IMG/VR virus record: IMGVR_UViG_3300025684_000014
Coordinates: 1-64,000 of that record
DNA: 64,000 nt
Reading direction: 5' to 3' (one strand)
DNA from: a virus
Of this stretch, positions 10,055-20,785 are shown in pieces. Each line of letters opens with the position of its first letter. Positions within the stretch are counted from its first letter, which is position 1. Made by a program: the position numbers and the translations under genes. The notes beneath the pieces are model-generated. The model was not told where the DNA came from, did no database searches, and saw only the letters and a program-made list of their open reading frames with translations.

Positions 10055-11245
10055 TTATATTTCTAGAATAAGCTTATTTTGATTTACATTTATTATTTTA
10101 TATAATTTTCTTTCCCTGTCACTCCTTGTACCAGGTGGACCATCAAAACTTCCGCTCACTGGATAACTAAATAGTTCTATGTTTTCTTGAGTAAAAGTAC
10201 TTGCGTCTAATTCTTTATTAAATTCAATTACAATTCTTTTTGTATTTAAAGATACATTAACTGCACCATCATATGGTGACACAGAAATTACTTTTAAAGC
10301 GTCTTTGTTTACAGGGGTAGTCTCATCTACCCCTGGTAAGAAATCTTCTCCAAAAACACCTATAGGAGAGCTAGATACATTGCTTGGGTGAGTATAAACA
10401 GAATCACTTGTTGTTTTGAATTTTATTAAAAACGATTCTTGAAGATATTCTTTTTCATAACAATAAACTTTAAAACTTTCACCAACTTCGTAAAGTGATC
10501 CGTCAAAACGAAGAAGTACGCCTCTATCTGTAGCTCTCCATCTTTGAACACATCTACTTACTCTATTTTTGTAATTTGGGTTCGAGGGAGTTGGTTCTGA
10601 CTCGTCTGCAAACCACCAAATATATTTAGCTTGAGAACCTTCTCCAGCTTCTATAATTTTTATATTTAAATAAGTTTGCTGTTCATTGTTCTTAGGTTCA
10701 AACGAACCTTTACTTTTTATCCTGTCTTCAAAATCTGTTTCTTTTAAAACAGAATAAACACTTTTAATTGAGAGAGCTTTACTTTTAGCATACTCAGATA
10801 CAAAGTCAGGTAATTCTCCTGTTGCTGTATCTACGTTTTCTCCAATAATATAAAGATAATACTCTGCGTACTCTCCAAGTACTTGTTTTGGAGTCATACT
10901 TACTAATGTTGCTTGCTCTAAAACTTGTTTACTTATTCTTTGTTCTTCTAAAGCAACTTTAGTTTCTGGAGAATCTATTGCGATCTCTTCAAAATCACAT
11001 TCAACAAATCCAGGAAAATTTGGTGATCGTAAAAAAAATGGATTTGTTGCATCTGAAGTATTAAGCCATAAAGAATTATTTGGTCCGCTTGTCCTGTCGA
11101 AGTCTTTGCCAAATAGTACGCAGCTTTCTTTCAGCGTGTCCAAGTCTACCCTGTTTGAGAATATCAAATAAAAGCTCTGCCCTACTGGAAATCCTGTTTC
11201 CAGATTTTGGGGGTAGCTGTTCAGAGGAAGGAATGTTATTGCCAT
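10055..11245 (-). CDS. virion protein with Ig-like domains
   Basis: C-terminal VISVSPYDGAVNVSLNTKRIVIEFNKELD resembles SbsA/Big_5-type Ig domains; start MAITF with an AAGG SD. Confidence 0.6.
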   Translation of the reverse strand: MAITFLPLNSYPQNLETGFPVGQSFYLIFSNRVDLDTLKESCVLFGKDFDRTSGPNNSLWLNTSDATNPFFLRSPNFPGFVECDFEEIAIDSPETKVALEEQRISKQVLEQATLVSMTPKQVLGEYAEYYLYIIGENVDTATGELPDFVSEYAKSKALSIKSVYSVLKETDFEDRIKSKGSFEPKNNEQQTYLNIKIIEAGEGSQAKYIWWFADESEPTPSNPNYKNRVSRCVQRWRATDRGVLLRFDGSLYEVGESFKVYCYEKEYLQESFLIKFKTTSDSVYTHPSNVSSSPIGVFGEDFLPGVDETTPVNKDALKVISVSPYDGAVNVSLNTKRIVIEFNKELDASTFTQENIELFSYPVSGSFDGPPGTRSDRERKLYKIINVNQNKLILEI

Positions 11246-11414
11246 TATCTTGCCTTTCTTCAGAGAGAGGTTTGATCTCAACCATCTCTCCTTCTTCTTC
11301 TATTTCTATTTCAAAATTATATGTAAAATCTTCTTCATATTTAAAGTTTTCTTCAATATATAGTTCTACTTCTGTTTTTTCTTCTTTAAAATATCCCATA
11401 ATAAAAACTCCAAT

Positions 11415-11445
11415 AAAAAAGGCTGGTATTTCTACCAGCCTTTTT
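11415..11445. terminator. intrinsic terminator after the major capsid gene (potentially bidirectional)
   Basis: A6-GGCTGGTA-TTTC-TACCAGCC-T5. Confidence 0.85.
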
Positions 11446-11481
11446 ACTACATAAAAGTGACTCTAGTAAAGTTAAACTTTA

Positions 11482-12831
11482 TTAGATGTTACCCTTTACG
11501 TCTGCTTCGCTAACAGGGTCAATGTCTCCAGGACGAGCATCAACGCTACCGTCCCACATGTTCTCTGCACGCTTAACATTGCGGAATACACCAATTCCCT
11601 GACCCTCATGAGCAACAGCAAAACCGTAACGCTCACGAATCTTGATCTTTACAGTCTCAGTGTTCTCATCACGCCACTCAACAGTAGTAGCCTCCTCATC
11701 AACAAGGTGGAATCCAACATTTCCAGAAGAAAGAAGGAAGATGTCACCAGTCTCAGTCTCAGGGTCATAAGGACAAAGAGGAGAAACAATGATGTTGAAG
11801 CTGAATGGGAAGTAGCTAGGAAGCTTAGGCGCAGAGGTCATCTCTTGGCTACGCTCGAGAACTCCAGTTACTGCACCTGCAGGATCGCCACCAGCTGTAC
11901 CAGTTCCACGAGGATTCACAACCTTTGTGCCCATTGAAGGACCACGGCTACCCATTGCACCATTGCTATAAGGAGCAAGAGGACCAGGATTTCCTGTGTA
12001 AGGATTGAAGATTGAACCACCACCATGAGCAAGCATCATTGTACGCATGACAGGATCTTGAACAAATGTGTAGTAGAAAAGAGGGTGCATAAGCATTACG
12101 TTAGGAGTAAAGCCTTCTTCGCTCATATGAGCCATAGCACGCATGAGGTTCTCCATAGTCATAGAACCATTAGCAGAAAGCTTAGAGCCACCGTTTACTG
12201 CATCCTCTACAAGGCCGCGACCTGTGAGAACACCATAAATAGACTGAGCAGGATTAAGGTTATCAAAAAGAGTAGTTCCGAGTTGCTTAAGGAAAGCAAC
12301 TGCCTTTTGCTCTTTGTGACGAACCATAGCTGCGCCCATCAACTGAAGGTTCTTAGACATAATATCAAAAGTACTGTAACGAAGAGCCTCGTCAGTAAAG
12401 CTAGCAGCAATACCGCTCTTTCCAATGAATGCTGTGCTTACGGCACCACCCATTTGGAAGTTAACCTCAGGATAAGTACCTGACTCCTGAACGTCACCTG
12501 CATAAACAGCACCCATCGCTCCTGCAAGAATTTGAGTATTCAAACCCTTAGCAGCAACACGATCAAAGAGAGGGGTAATTGTCATCATGGGCTCTACAGG
12601 CTCACGAATAAGAATTTCCATAGACTCTTGAAGGAGGGGTGTGATTTCAGAAGAAGAGATAGCGTCGCGATTCTTAGGAGAAATTACCTCAGCAAAAGCC
12701 TCCCAACTAACTTTCTCATCACGATCAGGAAGCTCACCACGATTACGAATCATGTCAGCAAGATAACGAGCAGCGTTCTTGGTGCTCTTAGGAAGAGTTA
12801 GCTCTGTTCCGTCTGTAAATTTAATTGCCAT
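11482..12831 (-). CDS. major capsid protein (HK97 fold)
   Basis: 449 aa; downstream of protease/scaffold; strongly biased codons; IKIRERYGFAV C-terminal motif; followed by a terminator. Confidence 0.8.
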   Translation of the reverse strand: MAIKFTDGTELTLPKSTKNAARYLADMIRNRGELPDRDEKVSWEAFAEVISPKNRDAISSSEITPLLQESMEILIREPVEPMMTITPLFDRVAAKGLNTQILAGAMGAVYAGDVQESGTYPEVNFQMGGAVSTAFIGKSGIAASFTDEALRYSTFDIMSKNLQLMGAAMVRHKEQKAVAFLKQLGTTLFDNLNPAQSIYGVLTGRGLVEDAVNGGSKLSANGSMTMENLMRAMAHMSEEGFTPNVMLMHPLFYYTFVQDPVMRTMMLAHGGGSIFNPYTGNPGPLAPYSNGAMGSRGPSMGTKVVNPRGTGTAGGDPAGAVTGVLERSQEMTSAPKLPSYFPFSFNIIVSPLCPYDPETETGDIFLLSSGNVGFHLVDEEATTVEWRDENTETVKIKIRERYGFAVAHEGQGIGVFRNVKRAENMWDGSVDARPGDIDPVSEADVKGNI

Positions 12832-12861
12832 AATTTAAATATCCTTTTAAATAATTTTTTA

Positions 12862-14133
12862 TTATTGGAGCTTGACGTTAACGACAGCGATTTCGTCAGC
12901 GACTTCCTCACCGTGGTGAGAAGAAAGAGTAATAAGGTCAGAGAAGCCACGAGTAGCGCTACCAGGCATCTTAGCAGTAGCATCAAACTCATCTCCTTCA
13001 AAACCAGTACGAACACGCTCAAGAAGTCCGCGAGGCTCCTTGTATGTAGCAAGAAGGCGTCCTACAACAAGATGTGCTGTGTGATCAGCGTCACTCGCAA
13101 CAGTAAAGTTGCTCATTGCGTCAAAAGTAACAAAATCACCAGGACGAGCGTCGCCAGCAAACATCATCATGCGCTCTTGGCTTGAAGCAGCTGAACCGTA
13201 AGCATGAACAAGAATGTTTCCAGCAAGTCCAGCAGGAGCTGCATCTCCACCATCCTCATAGAACAAAATCATTCCTGCATCTGCATCAAGAGTCCAATCA
13301 CCAGCTTTTGAAAGCAAAGCAATATCTCCACGATGACGAGCAGCAGCAAATGCGCTGAAGCTAACAGGAGTTCTTGTTGTGTGAGAAGCGAGCTTTCCAA
13401 GTCCAAGGTCATAAGCTACTACGTTAGTAGTATCAAGGCCAGCAAAACGAGGCAATGCAGCAAGCTCAGCACCAGTAACAAGAGTAAGTCCTGCAACTGC
13501 AACTGCTTGAGCATCAGTGCAAACGTGAGCAACCTTCATCTGAATGTCAGTAAAGAACTGAATTAGATGTTGCTTCTGATAGTTTGTAAAGTGAAGGTTC
13601 GCAGGATCATCGCCAGCCCAAACGTAAACGTCATAAGCAAGAATACCTACAGGAGCTGAAATGAATCCAGCAACGATGTCTTGGAGATCAGCAACAAGCG
13701 TAGCTCCATCAGGCATTGCAACTGAAGGTGCCCAACCGTTTCCAACAATTGCTTGAGCAAACTCAAGAAGAGATACAGGACCTACATCAAGAGTCTCTAC
13801 AAAAGCCCCTGTGCGAATGTCGATTACACGAGCATCAACATCATTGCTTGTGTAAGCAAGGATTTCATCACCTGCTCCAGTTGCTTCAAGAGCACGACGA
13901 AGAAGCCCTGAAGGAACTACGCGTCCACTTGCATCAAGAGAAACAACTTTCCCAGATGACATTGTGAACCAGTCTTTAGACTTCTCATTCTGCCAAAGAG
14001 TAGGCAACCAAGAAGCAGGCTTCCACTCACCATGAGGAACAGAAGCATTCATCTGGACTGTGTTATTTGGTGTGATCTGATCCATAAGATCAGTACGAGT
14101 CTTGAAACGACTAGCAAAACGACTAATAGCCAT
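12862..14133 (-). CDS. abundant capsid-associated (decoration-like) protein
   Basis: 423 aa between scaffold and capsid genes, with the same codon bias as the capsid gene. Confidence 0.55.
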   Translation of the reverse strand: MAISRFASRFKTRTDLMDQITPNNTVQMNASVPHGEWKPASWLPTLWQNEKSKDWFTMSSGKVVSLDASGRVVPSGLLRRALEATGAGDEILAYTSNDVDARVIDIRTGAFVETLDVGPVSLLEFAQAIVGNGWAPSVAMPDGATLVADLQDIVAGFISAPVGILAYDVYVWAGDDPANLHFTNYQKQHLIQFFTDIQMKVAHVCTDAQAVAVAGLTLVTGAELAALPRFAGLDTTNVVAYDLGLGKLASHTTRTPVSFSAFAAARHRGDIALLSKAGDWTLDADAGMILFYEDGGDAAPAGLAGNILVHAYGSAASSQERMMMFAGDARPGDFVTFDAMSNFTVASDADHTAHLVVGRLLATYKEPRGLLERVRTGFEGDEFDATAKMPGSATRGFSDLITLSSHHGEEVADEIAVVNVKLQ

Positions 14134-14162
14134 ATGTTATTCTCCTAGGATAAAATAGTCTT

Positions 14163-16877
14163 TTAAAAGTTTTCGGGATTAAATCCACGAGGTAAGTAAT
14201 GAGCTTGAGTCGAGAACCAGCTATCAGCAGCGTACTGGCCATTTGACTCTTTGATTTTTTTATAGTTGTCAACAATGCTTTGTTCAAAGCTATCAAGAAT
14301 GCTTTCTTGTTTCTTGTTAACAACATTATCATCTTCTATAGCATGCTCAGAAGGATTTTCAACTTTATTATCTGTTAATTCTACATTTTCTTCAAGTTTA
14401 TTATCAATATTTTTTTCTTCATCAATATTATTATCTTTTTCTTGCTTAAATACTAAAGCTTCTAGAGTTTCTTTGAACTTTGTTTCTAGATCATTATAGC
14501 TTGCTTGCAACTCTTCAAAACGCTTTTCAAGAGCTAAAAAATCATCCGATTTGTCACATTTAAAGCTTTCTGCTTTCTTATCTACACAAGACATAATTTT
14601 CTTTTTAACAGAGTCAGAATATTTAGATCTTTCAATCAATCTACGTGCAGCTGTTACATGCGCACAATCTGGTACTGGAAAAGATCTTTCAGGTCCACAA
14701 AATGCCGAGTCAGGCAAATTGTTTCTTGCTTCGGTTGAAAGCTGTGCATCATTTTGAATTAAAGCACCTTGTAATGCAAGATCTAAAAATTCCCAATCTA
14801 CATCAATTGAATCTTCAGCATCTAATGTTTCTTCTTCACTAAAAGATTCATCGTGCTCTTTTTGTTGACTTTCTGTAGGTTCTACAGCTTCAATTTCCAA
14901 ATCTAAATCTTTATCTGAATCTTCTTCAAGTTCAATTTCTAGATCTAAATCTTCTGTAATATTATTTTCAGACATATTTGAGTCCTTTTGTTTTGTCATT
15001 TTATTTGATGATTTTCTTGGGTGCCCGCTAGGCAACAAGTCATTATCTTGTTTGTATTTAGAATTTGAAGGCCTACCACTTCTTACTAACTTCAAGAATG
15101 CATTTACTCTTGCTACTCCCCAACCAGACCTAGACATTCCTGGACGGTGTGTGGTTGAGAAAGCACCTGCACCTCTACGATAAACAGCCTTTAGCATTCC
15201 AAGAGTAACTCTTTTACCTGCTTCTTTACCATATTTCTTATTGTGAGAAGAAACTTTTTCTTTTAAAGATTCTAATACTGATCCAACTTCAATTTTTGAA
15301 TTAGCTTTAGAAGCTGACCCTTCTGCATTCTTTTTTGAACCTTTAATTCTTTCTGAAGGCTTAGCGGGAGTTTTTGCTCCTTTGCCTTTTGGTGATGACC
15401 TTTCTGCATCTAGATCAAAATCACCAATCATCATTTCTTCTAATTCAGAATCATTAGCAGCACTAATTTTTACTGCCCAATCAATACCAGAAGTTCCTCC
15501 CCAACCAAGCCAAGCTACATATCCACGGTCTTTCCATGGCTCTGATTTATATTCAGGAGCAACAACTGCATTTTTTCTGTGTCGATTGAAAGCAGCCATT
15601 CTTTTGACTGTTGAGAGCCCAATTTCGCTCTTAGTGGCTAACTGTCTGGCTCTTGCCCAACCAACAGGTGTCATACCTTTTACTTCTGAACCCTTTTCTT
15701 TTTTCCAATTAAGAACTTTTTGAGCGTTACCTTTTGCACCTGCAGGAACTTTAAACATTTTTTCATCATTTAATTCTTCTGCAAATTCATCTAGCTCTGT
15801 TTCAAACATTTCAAAATCTAAAGAATCTTTACGCATACTACCTGAGTACTTAACTTTAATAACCATAGTCTCTCCATCGCCTCTTTGAGTGATATAAGTT
15901 TCACCCTGTTCATGGAGTTCCATCATTGCTTTTTCAGAAATACTCATTTCGTGATCGTATTTCTTTTCTACTTTTTCTTTGGGCTTTTCTTCTTTTTCAT
16001 TGGTTTCTTTACTGTAGGCATCGATTTGCTCGGTTGTTTGTAAGCCATCTTCTTTTCTCCATTCTTGAATTAATGAATCACTCATAATAAGCTCGTAAGG
16101 TATATCTTTCTTGTCTTGCTGTTCAATATTTAAAGAGTCTGAAATTTCCATGGAAACTACTTGAGAAAGATCATCTGCAGGCGTATTCACTACAGACCCC
16201 TCAAGTACAATAAAGTCCCCTGTAATAAAGACACAAGTCTCTCCATCATAATTTTGGCCGTGTCGGTGCTCACACATTCCATCCATAGCCCAGTCTGTTT
16301 CGCAAATAGAGCATACATGCCTATCTGTAGTTGACCCAGCAGAGAAAGTAATATAACGCCCATCCATAAACTTTCTAATAGCATCTTCATCTGTAATATT
16401 TGCTTGAACACGCATACGTCCAAGACCTGGCCATCTTTTATTTTGAATAAGGCCATTCTTTTTCATTACAGAATAAATTTCTCCTGGTTCATCTCTAATA
16501 AAAGCATTTCTAATATCTAGTACTTGATCTGCAGCTCCAAAAAAACCAATAGCATCTTCGTAAAGATCTTCCCATTGACCACCAATAAAGCGACCAATAG
16601 GCTCGCTGCTTTGATCATGGTTTTTTAAAATTGGCTTTGGATAAGGAGAAACCAAAGATTCAATTCCTCTTTGCTGACCCTTAGTAGAATAAATTCGGTT
16701 ATTAATCTTTCTTCCCGAATGAGAAAGATCATAAGTTACAATAAGACCTTTTCCCTTACTATAAGCAGAGTTCAAAAGATTGTCTGTCATGACAATCTTT
16801 TCTTGCTTATCAAGAGTTAAAATCTTTTTGTCTGGGTTTATTTGTATGAAATCATTGTATTTAATAATCTTAGACAT
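14163..16877 (-). CDS. prohead protease / scaffold fusion with accessory domains
   Basis: N-terminal PILKNHD..PIGR, FSAGS, CSIC..CEH, EGSVVNTPAD; acidic coiled-coil C-terminus; internal ATG at 14975 with an AAGGA SD. Confidence 0.7.
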   Translation of the reverse strand: MSKIIKYNDFIQINPDKKILTLDKQEKIVMTDNLLNSAYSKGKGLIVTYDLSHSGRKINNRIYSTKGQQRGIESLVSPYPKPILKNHDQSSEPIGRFIGGQWEDLYEDAIGFFGAADQVLDIRNAFIRDEPGEIYSVMKKNGLIQNKRWPGLGRMRVQANITDEDAIRKFMDGRYITFSAGSTTDRHVCSICETDWAMDGMCEHRHGQNYDGETCVFITGDFIVLEGSVVNTPADDLSQVVSMEISDSLNIEQQDKKDIPYELIMSDSLIQEWRKEDGLQTTEQIDAYSKETNEKEEKPKEKVEKKYDHEMSISEKAMMELHEQGETYITQRGDGETMVIKVKYSGSMRKDSLDFEMFETELDEFAEELNDEKMFKVPAGAKGNAQKVLNWKKEKGSEVKGMTPVGWARARQLATKSEIGLSTVKRMAAFNRHRKNAVVAPEYKSEPWKDRGYVAWLGWGGTSGIDWAVKISAANDSELEEMMIGDFDLDAERSSPKGKGAKTPAKPSERIKGSKKNAEGSASKANSKIEVGSVLESLKEKVSSHNKKYGKEAGKRVTLGMLKAVYRRGAGAFSTTHRPGMSRSGWGVARVNAFLKLVRSGRPSNSKYKQDNDLLPSGHPRKSSNKMTKQKDSNMSENNITEDLDLEIELEEDSDKDLDLEIEAVEPTESQQKEHDESFSEEETLDAEDSIDVDWEFLDLALQGALIQNDAQLSTEARNNLPDSAFCGPERSFPVPDCAHVTAARRLIERSKYSDSVKKKIMSCVDKKAESFKCDKSDDFLALEKRFEELQASYNDLETKFKETLEALVFKQEKDNNIDEEKNIDNKLEENVELTDNKVENPSEHAIEDDNVVNKKQESILDSFEQSIVDNYKKIKESNGQYAADSWFSTQAHYLPRGFNPENF

Positions 16878-16915
16878 AAAAAGCCTTTTTATTGTAAGTT
16901 AAAGTATTAATTAAT

Positions 16916-18568
16916 TTAATTAGCTTTTTCAAGCGTTTCTAATAAGTCTAAGATTTTTTTACCTTCTTTTATTTCAAAAAACAATCTTTCTGTATCATTA
17001 GAAAATTTAGGACTTGTTCTTACTCCTGTTTGATTTTCTGGCCTTGCTATATTGTTTGAAGTGTTTTTAGGACCACTAGGCATTGACAATTCCCTGCCAG
17101 GAAGGTTCTTTTTTTCGTTATTATTGTTTTTTTCAATTTCTTCTTTTTTAATATTAGAAGAAGGAGATTCTGCTAAAGCTGCAGAGGCAGGAGCAAAAGC
17201 AGACATACTTTTAATCAACGCCAAAGGTTCAGTATAAAGTTTATAATTAGTTTTATCTTGAAAACTTTCGTCTGTTGGCTGCTCACCAAGTCGTTTTCTT
17301 GCTTCTTGCTCAGAGATAAGATTATTAAGCCAAAGTTGAATTGTTTGGTTTTCTTCTTTTGATTTCTCTTCTTTATCTACTGATCCAAATTTAATGTAAA
17401 CCATTTTGTCTGTATCAAATAAAGAATCCTTATATCCGCCTTCCAAAAGAAGCTCTCCTATTACATAAGTTTCAATAAATACTTTTACTCTTTCTTGAAG
17501 TGCTTCAACGCTTTGGATAGCTATTTTAGATAATGTATTTGCAGTACTTCTATTTGCTGAATCAGCTTCTCCCATATCCATAGGAGATACACCCAATCCA
17601 GCAAATACTCTCTTCTTAAAATACTCTAAATAATCATCTATTTTTAACGCTTTTCCTTCACTTCCAATAGCTTCTATGTTGTGCCTATGGTCTGAAACAA
17701 AAATGCCACCAGAAGGCATATACTCTATTGTTTGGCGTACAAGATCAGATTCTTTAATACCATCAGGGCCATATCTTTCAGGCATTACATCGTTACCTAC
17801 TTTATAATGAAATAATGGATGTAAATTTGCATCAATCATATTTTCGATTGATTCTTCTAAACGTCGTAAAAGAGATAAGTCTTCTAGTACTGGAAGTATC
17901 TCTGGAGTTCCCATTGTAAATCCAGGTTTTTTATTATTATAAAAATGAATTACATCTTTAGGATCGAATTCTCTCCAACCGCCAGTGTTAGGTTGCTCTT
18001 GCATTATTTTTTTAAGCTCGCCGTTCTTTTTTACTTTAAACCATAAGGTCTCAAAAGGAAGTACATAATATCCAGCAATAGGATCTACTTGCTTTCCATT
18101 TAGCATTCTTACTTTTCCAGTAGAAGCATCTTTATTTCTTACTTTTACCCAAGCGTGGTTAGAATACCTAACAAGATCATGAGCAAGGTCTGCCATTAAT
18201 AAATCAAATGGCTGTCCAGACGTATATTCGATTTCTTTAATTCTTCGTTTAACATAATTTACTCGTTCTTTATCATTTCCTACAAATTCCCACCCTGCTA
18301 AAACAAAACGTTCTACTTTTTTTTGAATTGCTTTATATAAAAAAGAATCAGTATCTTGAGCTATTTGAATTTCAGTAAGATCATATTCTGGTTTAAACCA
18401 ATTTCCTCTATGTCTATCTGCGTAAGACATAGAGCGGCTGCTTACTTTTTTTACTCTTGCTCCAGAAACAGCTTCTCCCAACAAGGCTACATTTCTGTTA
18501 TCTGATAAACTAATTTCTTTTTTATCTGCTAAGGCTTTTAATGCTTTGTTTATCGTATCTAATCTCAT
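16916..18568 (-). CDS. portal protein
   Basis: 550 aa; DVIHF, G.P.I.PVL, LGVSP.DMG...NRSTA portal-like motifs; upstream of the protease gene. Confidence 0.8.
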   Translation of the reverse strand: MRLDTINKALKALADKKEISLSDNRNVALLGEAVSGARVKKVSSRSMSYADRHRGNWFKPEYDLTEIQIAQDTDSFLYKAIQKKVERFVLAGWEFVGNDKERVNYVKRRIKEIEYTSGQPFDLLMADLAHDLVRYSNHAWVKVRNKDASTGKVRMLNGKQVDPIAGYYVLPFETLWFKVKKNGELKKIMQEQPNTGGWREFDPKDVIHFYNNKKPGFTMGTPEILPVLEDLSLLRRLEESIENMIDANLHPLFHYKVGNDVMPERYGPDGIKESDLVRQTIEYMPSGGIFVSDHRHNIEAIGSEGKALKIDDYLEYFKKRVFAGLGVSPMDMGEADSANRSTANTLSKIAIQSVEALQERVKVFIETYVIGELLLEGGYKDSLFDTDKMVYIKFGSVDKEEKSKEENQTIQLWLNNLISEQEARKRLGEQPTDESFQDKTNYKLYTEPLALIKSMSAFAPASAALAESPSSNIKKEEIEKNNNNEKKNLPGRELSMPSGPKNTSNNIARPENQTGVRTSPKFSNDTERLFFEIKEGKKILDLLETLEKAN

Positions 18569-18571
18569 TGC

Positions 18572-20785
18572 TTAACCTTTTGGAATATATCTGATTTCTG
18601 GATTTAATATTTTCTCTGCTTTTTTTTCTATAATTTTACTATCAATAAAATCTTCTTCTATAAATCTATATGTATTATATAATCCATTTTTTAGAATATC
18701 ATACTCTTCTAATTTAAATGTTGTTGACCATTCAATATCACCATCAAAAGGTTCTGATGGTGAGTAAGAACTTTTATAATCTACTGTATCACCTTCATAA
18801 GCTTTTATACTTATTTTTAAATCTTCTTCTATGAGAAAATCAAAACTGTCTTCATTTACGTAATTCTCTGGATAAAAGAAAATTTCGTTGCTTTCTGCAA
18901 GCATCATATGCCCCCCAATTTTACGTCTAGAAATATTTACTAATAAAATGTTTCCTTTTTTAATATATTTTTGTAATATATTTTTTGTTGTTTCTTTTAG
19001 CTCACTATATTTTCTTTCTTTTTCTTCTTCTTTAAAAGAATTTATTTTTTTATATTCTTTTTTATAGTTCTCAAAAAAACTATTATTAATATTTATAGAA
19101 TTAAATTTTAAATCTCTTTTTGTATTTTTAAAATGATTTACAAATTTTATAATGCTCGAAAAATATTTTTTCCTTATATTCTCTTTCAAAATATTTTTAA
19201 ATGTTTCAGCAACCGCTACACCACACCATAAAAATGGTTCTAGTACAATTACTCCAACACCACTTTCTTCTGATTCAAATATTTTTATATTATTGCTATA
19301 GTTTTTTAACGAACTATTTTCCCTAATTATATTTTCTAAAATTTCTTTAGATTCCATTATTTTATTATAACTTTCTTGACTTGATCCAAAGAAGAGATAA
19401 TTTTTACTTCCAATTATTTTTTGGGTTTCTCCTTCTCCAAATTTGTTTCCAAAACCATCCCAATACAACTTTTTTGTCAAATGATAATAAAACCCAAATT
19501 CATCTTTTTTTACACTAATATATCTTGAGATATAGTTTTCGTATTTTTTTTCATTTTTTAAATAAAAGAGAGTTGTTGCGATATTTTTTTTAGCTAAAAT
19601 GTCAGCTTCTTTTATTGCTTCTTCAAAAAGAAGATCTACGGCTGTTTTTTCTTCAACTTGCCTTTTTTCGCTTATAAATATTTCTTTTATTGTTGATGAA
19701 TCAAAATCTAAATTTTCTTTTAAAAATAGATCTATTGTTATTTCTACTTCTTCACCGAATTCATTAAAAACATCAATTGTTGCTTGTATTTTTGCAGCTA
19801 AATCTATTTCTTTTTTTATATTTAAGTATAGTTTTTTTGTACTTATTATAAAACGTTTCAATATTCCGTCTACATTTAAAAATAAAAGACTACCTTTTTT
19901 AAATAAATTTTTAAAATATTCTGCTTGTTGAATTTTAATTTCTTTGTTTAACTCTCCTGCTGCCCATTCTGCACTTTCATAAAAACTATATAAAAGTTTA
20001 TTTATACTAGATATAGCTTTTGAAAGTTCTTCCGTAGAGTTTTCTTCTACTTCTGAAGCAGGAATATTTTCTTCAACTTTTTTTAAAAGTTCTAAAATTC
20101 TATCATCTATTTCAAAATAATCGTATATGTCTTTTATGCTTTGCAATGAAAAAAAGGGTTCTGGTTTTTTAAGAAGAGATAATAATTTTTCCGCTTCTGA
20201 TTGTTTTTCTAATCCCTCTTCTGTTTCTTTTATTTCGATAGTTCTTTTTATTTCATTTAAAAATTCATCAAGATAATCGTCATCTACATCTTCGGTTTCT
20301 TCAATTACTTCAACTTTTTCTTCTGGCTCTGCAATTATAGTTTCTTTTTTATCAATCAGCTTTACCTCTAAAACAGTTCCTTTTACTACAGGAACTTTAT
20401 ATCTTACATCTAAAATTTTTCCTGACGTTCTAGGTACAAGTTTGCTTTCTTCTTTTTCAGGCATTTTAATTTCAGAAGAGATTACAGGAGAAAGCATTTT
20501 TTCTATTTCAGATTCTAAATCAAATATTTCATTTAATTGATCTGTTTTTCTTTCACTTTCTTTTGCTTTTTCTTCAAATTCGTATTCTTCAAACAAAGCG
20601 ATTGTTTTATCTTGATTCTTTGTTATTTCAAGATTTCTTGCAGGATTTAATCTGGCATCACCCAAATATAAATTATATGAGTCTTTAACAAAATCAATAA
20701 TAAATTTTTCTTCTTTGGCTACTTGAGCTGCTGCTTCAGTTTCTATTTTTTCTGGAGCTAATTTTTTAAATTCCGAAGTAGCCAT
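18572..20785 (-). CDS. hypothetical protein (probable virion protein)
   Basis: 737-aa ORF tightly coupled within the morphogenesis operon. Confidence 0.5.
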   Translation of the reverse strand: MATSEFKKLAPEKIETEAAAQVAKEEKFIIDFVKDSYNLYLGDARLNPARNLEITKNQDKTIALFEEYEFEEKAKESERKTDQLNEIFDLESEIEKMLSPVISSEIKMPEKEESKLVPRTSGKILDVRYKVPVVKGTVLEVKLIDKKETIIAEPEEKVEVIEETEDVDDDYLDEFLNEIKRTIEIKETEEGLEKQSEAEKLLSLLKKPEPFFSLQSIKDIYDYFEIDDRILELLKKVEENIPASEVEENSTEELSKAISSINKLLYSFYESAEWAAGELNKEIKIQQAEYFKNLFKKGSLLFLNVDGILKRFIISTKKLYLNIKKEIDLAAKIQATIDVFNEFGEEVEITIDLFLKENLDFDSSTIKEIFISEKRQVEEKTAVDLLFEEAIKEADILAKKNIATTLFYLKNEKKYENYISRYISVKKDEFGFYYHLTKKLYWDGFGNKFGEGETQKIIGSKNYLFFGSSQESYNKIMESKEILENIIRENSSLKNYSNNIKIFESEESGVGVIVLEPFLWCGVAVAETFKNILKENIRKKYFSSIIKFVNHFKNTKRDLKFNSININNSFFENYKKEYKKINSFKEEEKERKYSELKETTKNILQKYIKKGNILLVNISRRKIGGHMMLAESNEIFFYPENYVNEDSFDFLIEEDLKISIKAYEGDTVDYKSSYSPSEPFDGDIEWSTTFKLEEYDILKNGLYNTYRFIEEDFIDSKIIEKKAEKILNPEIRYIPKG

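Noticed and set aside
11076-11399. 107-aa acidic ORF overlapping the Ig-domain gene
   Set aside because: About half overlaps the next gene out of frame and it is low-complexity. It has a possible GGAG SD and may be real, but support is insufficient.
5260-17237. Plus-strand ORFs opposite the sheath, capsid, protease and portal genes
   Set aside because: Antisense shadows with no protein-like features
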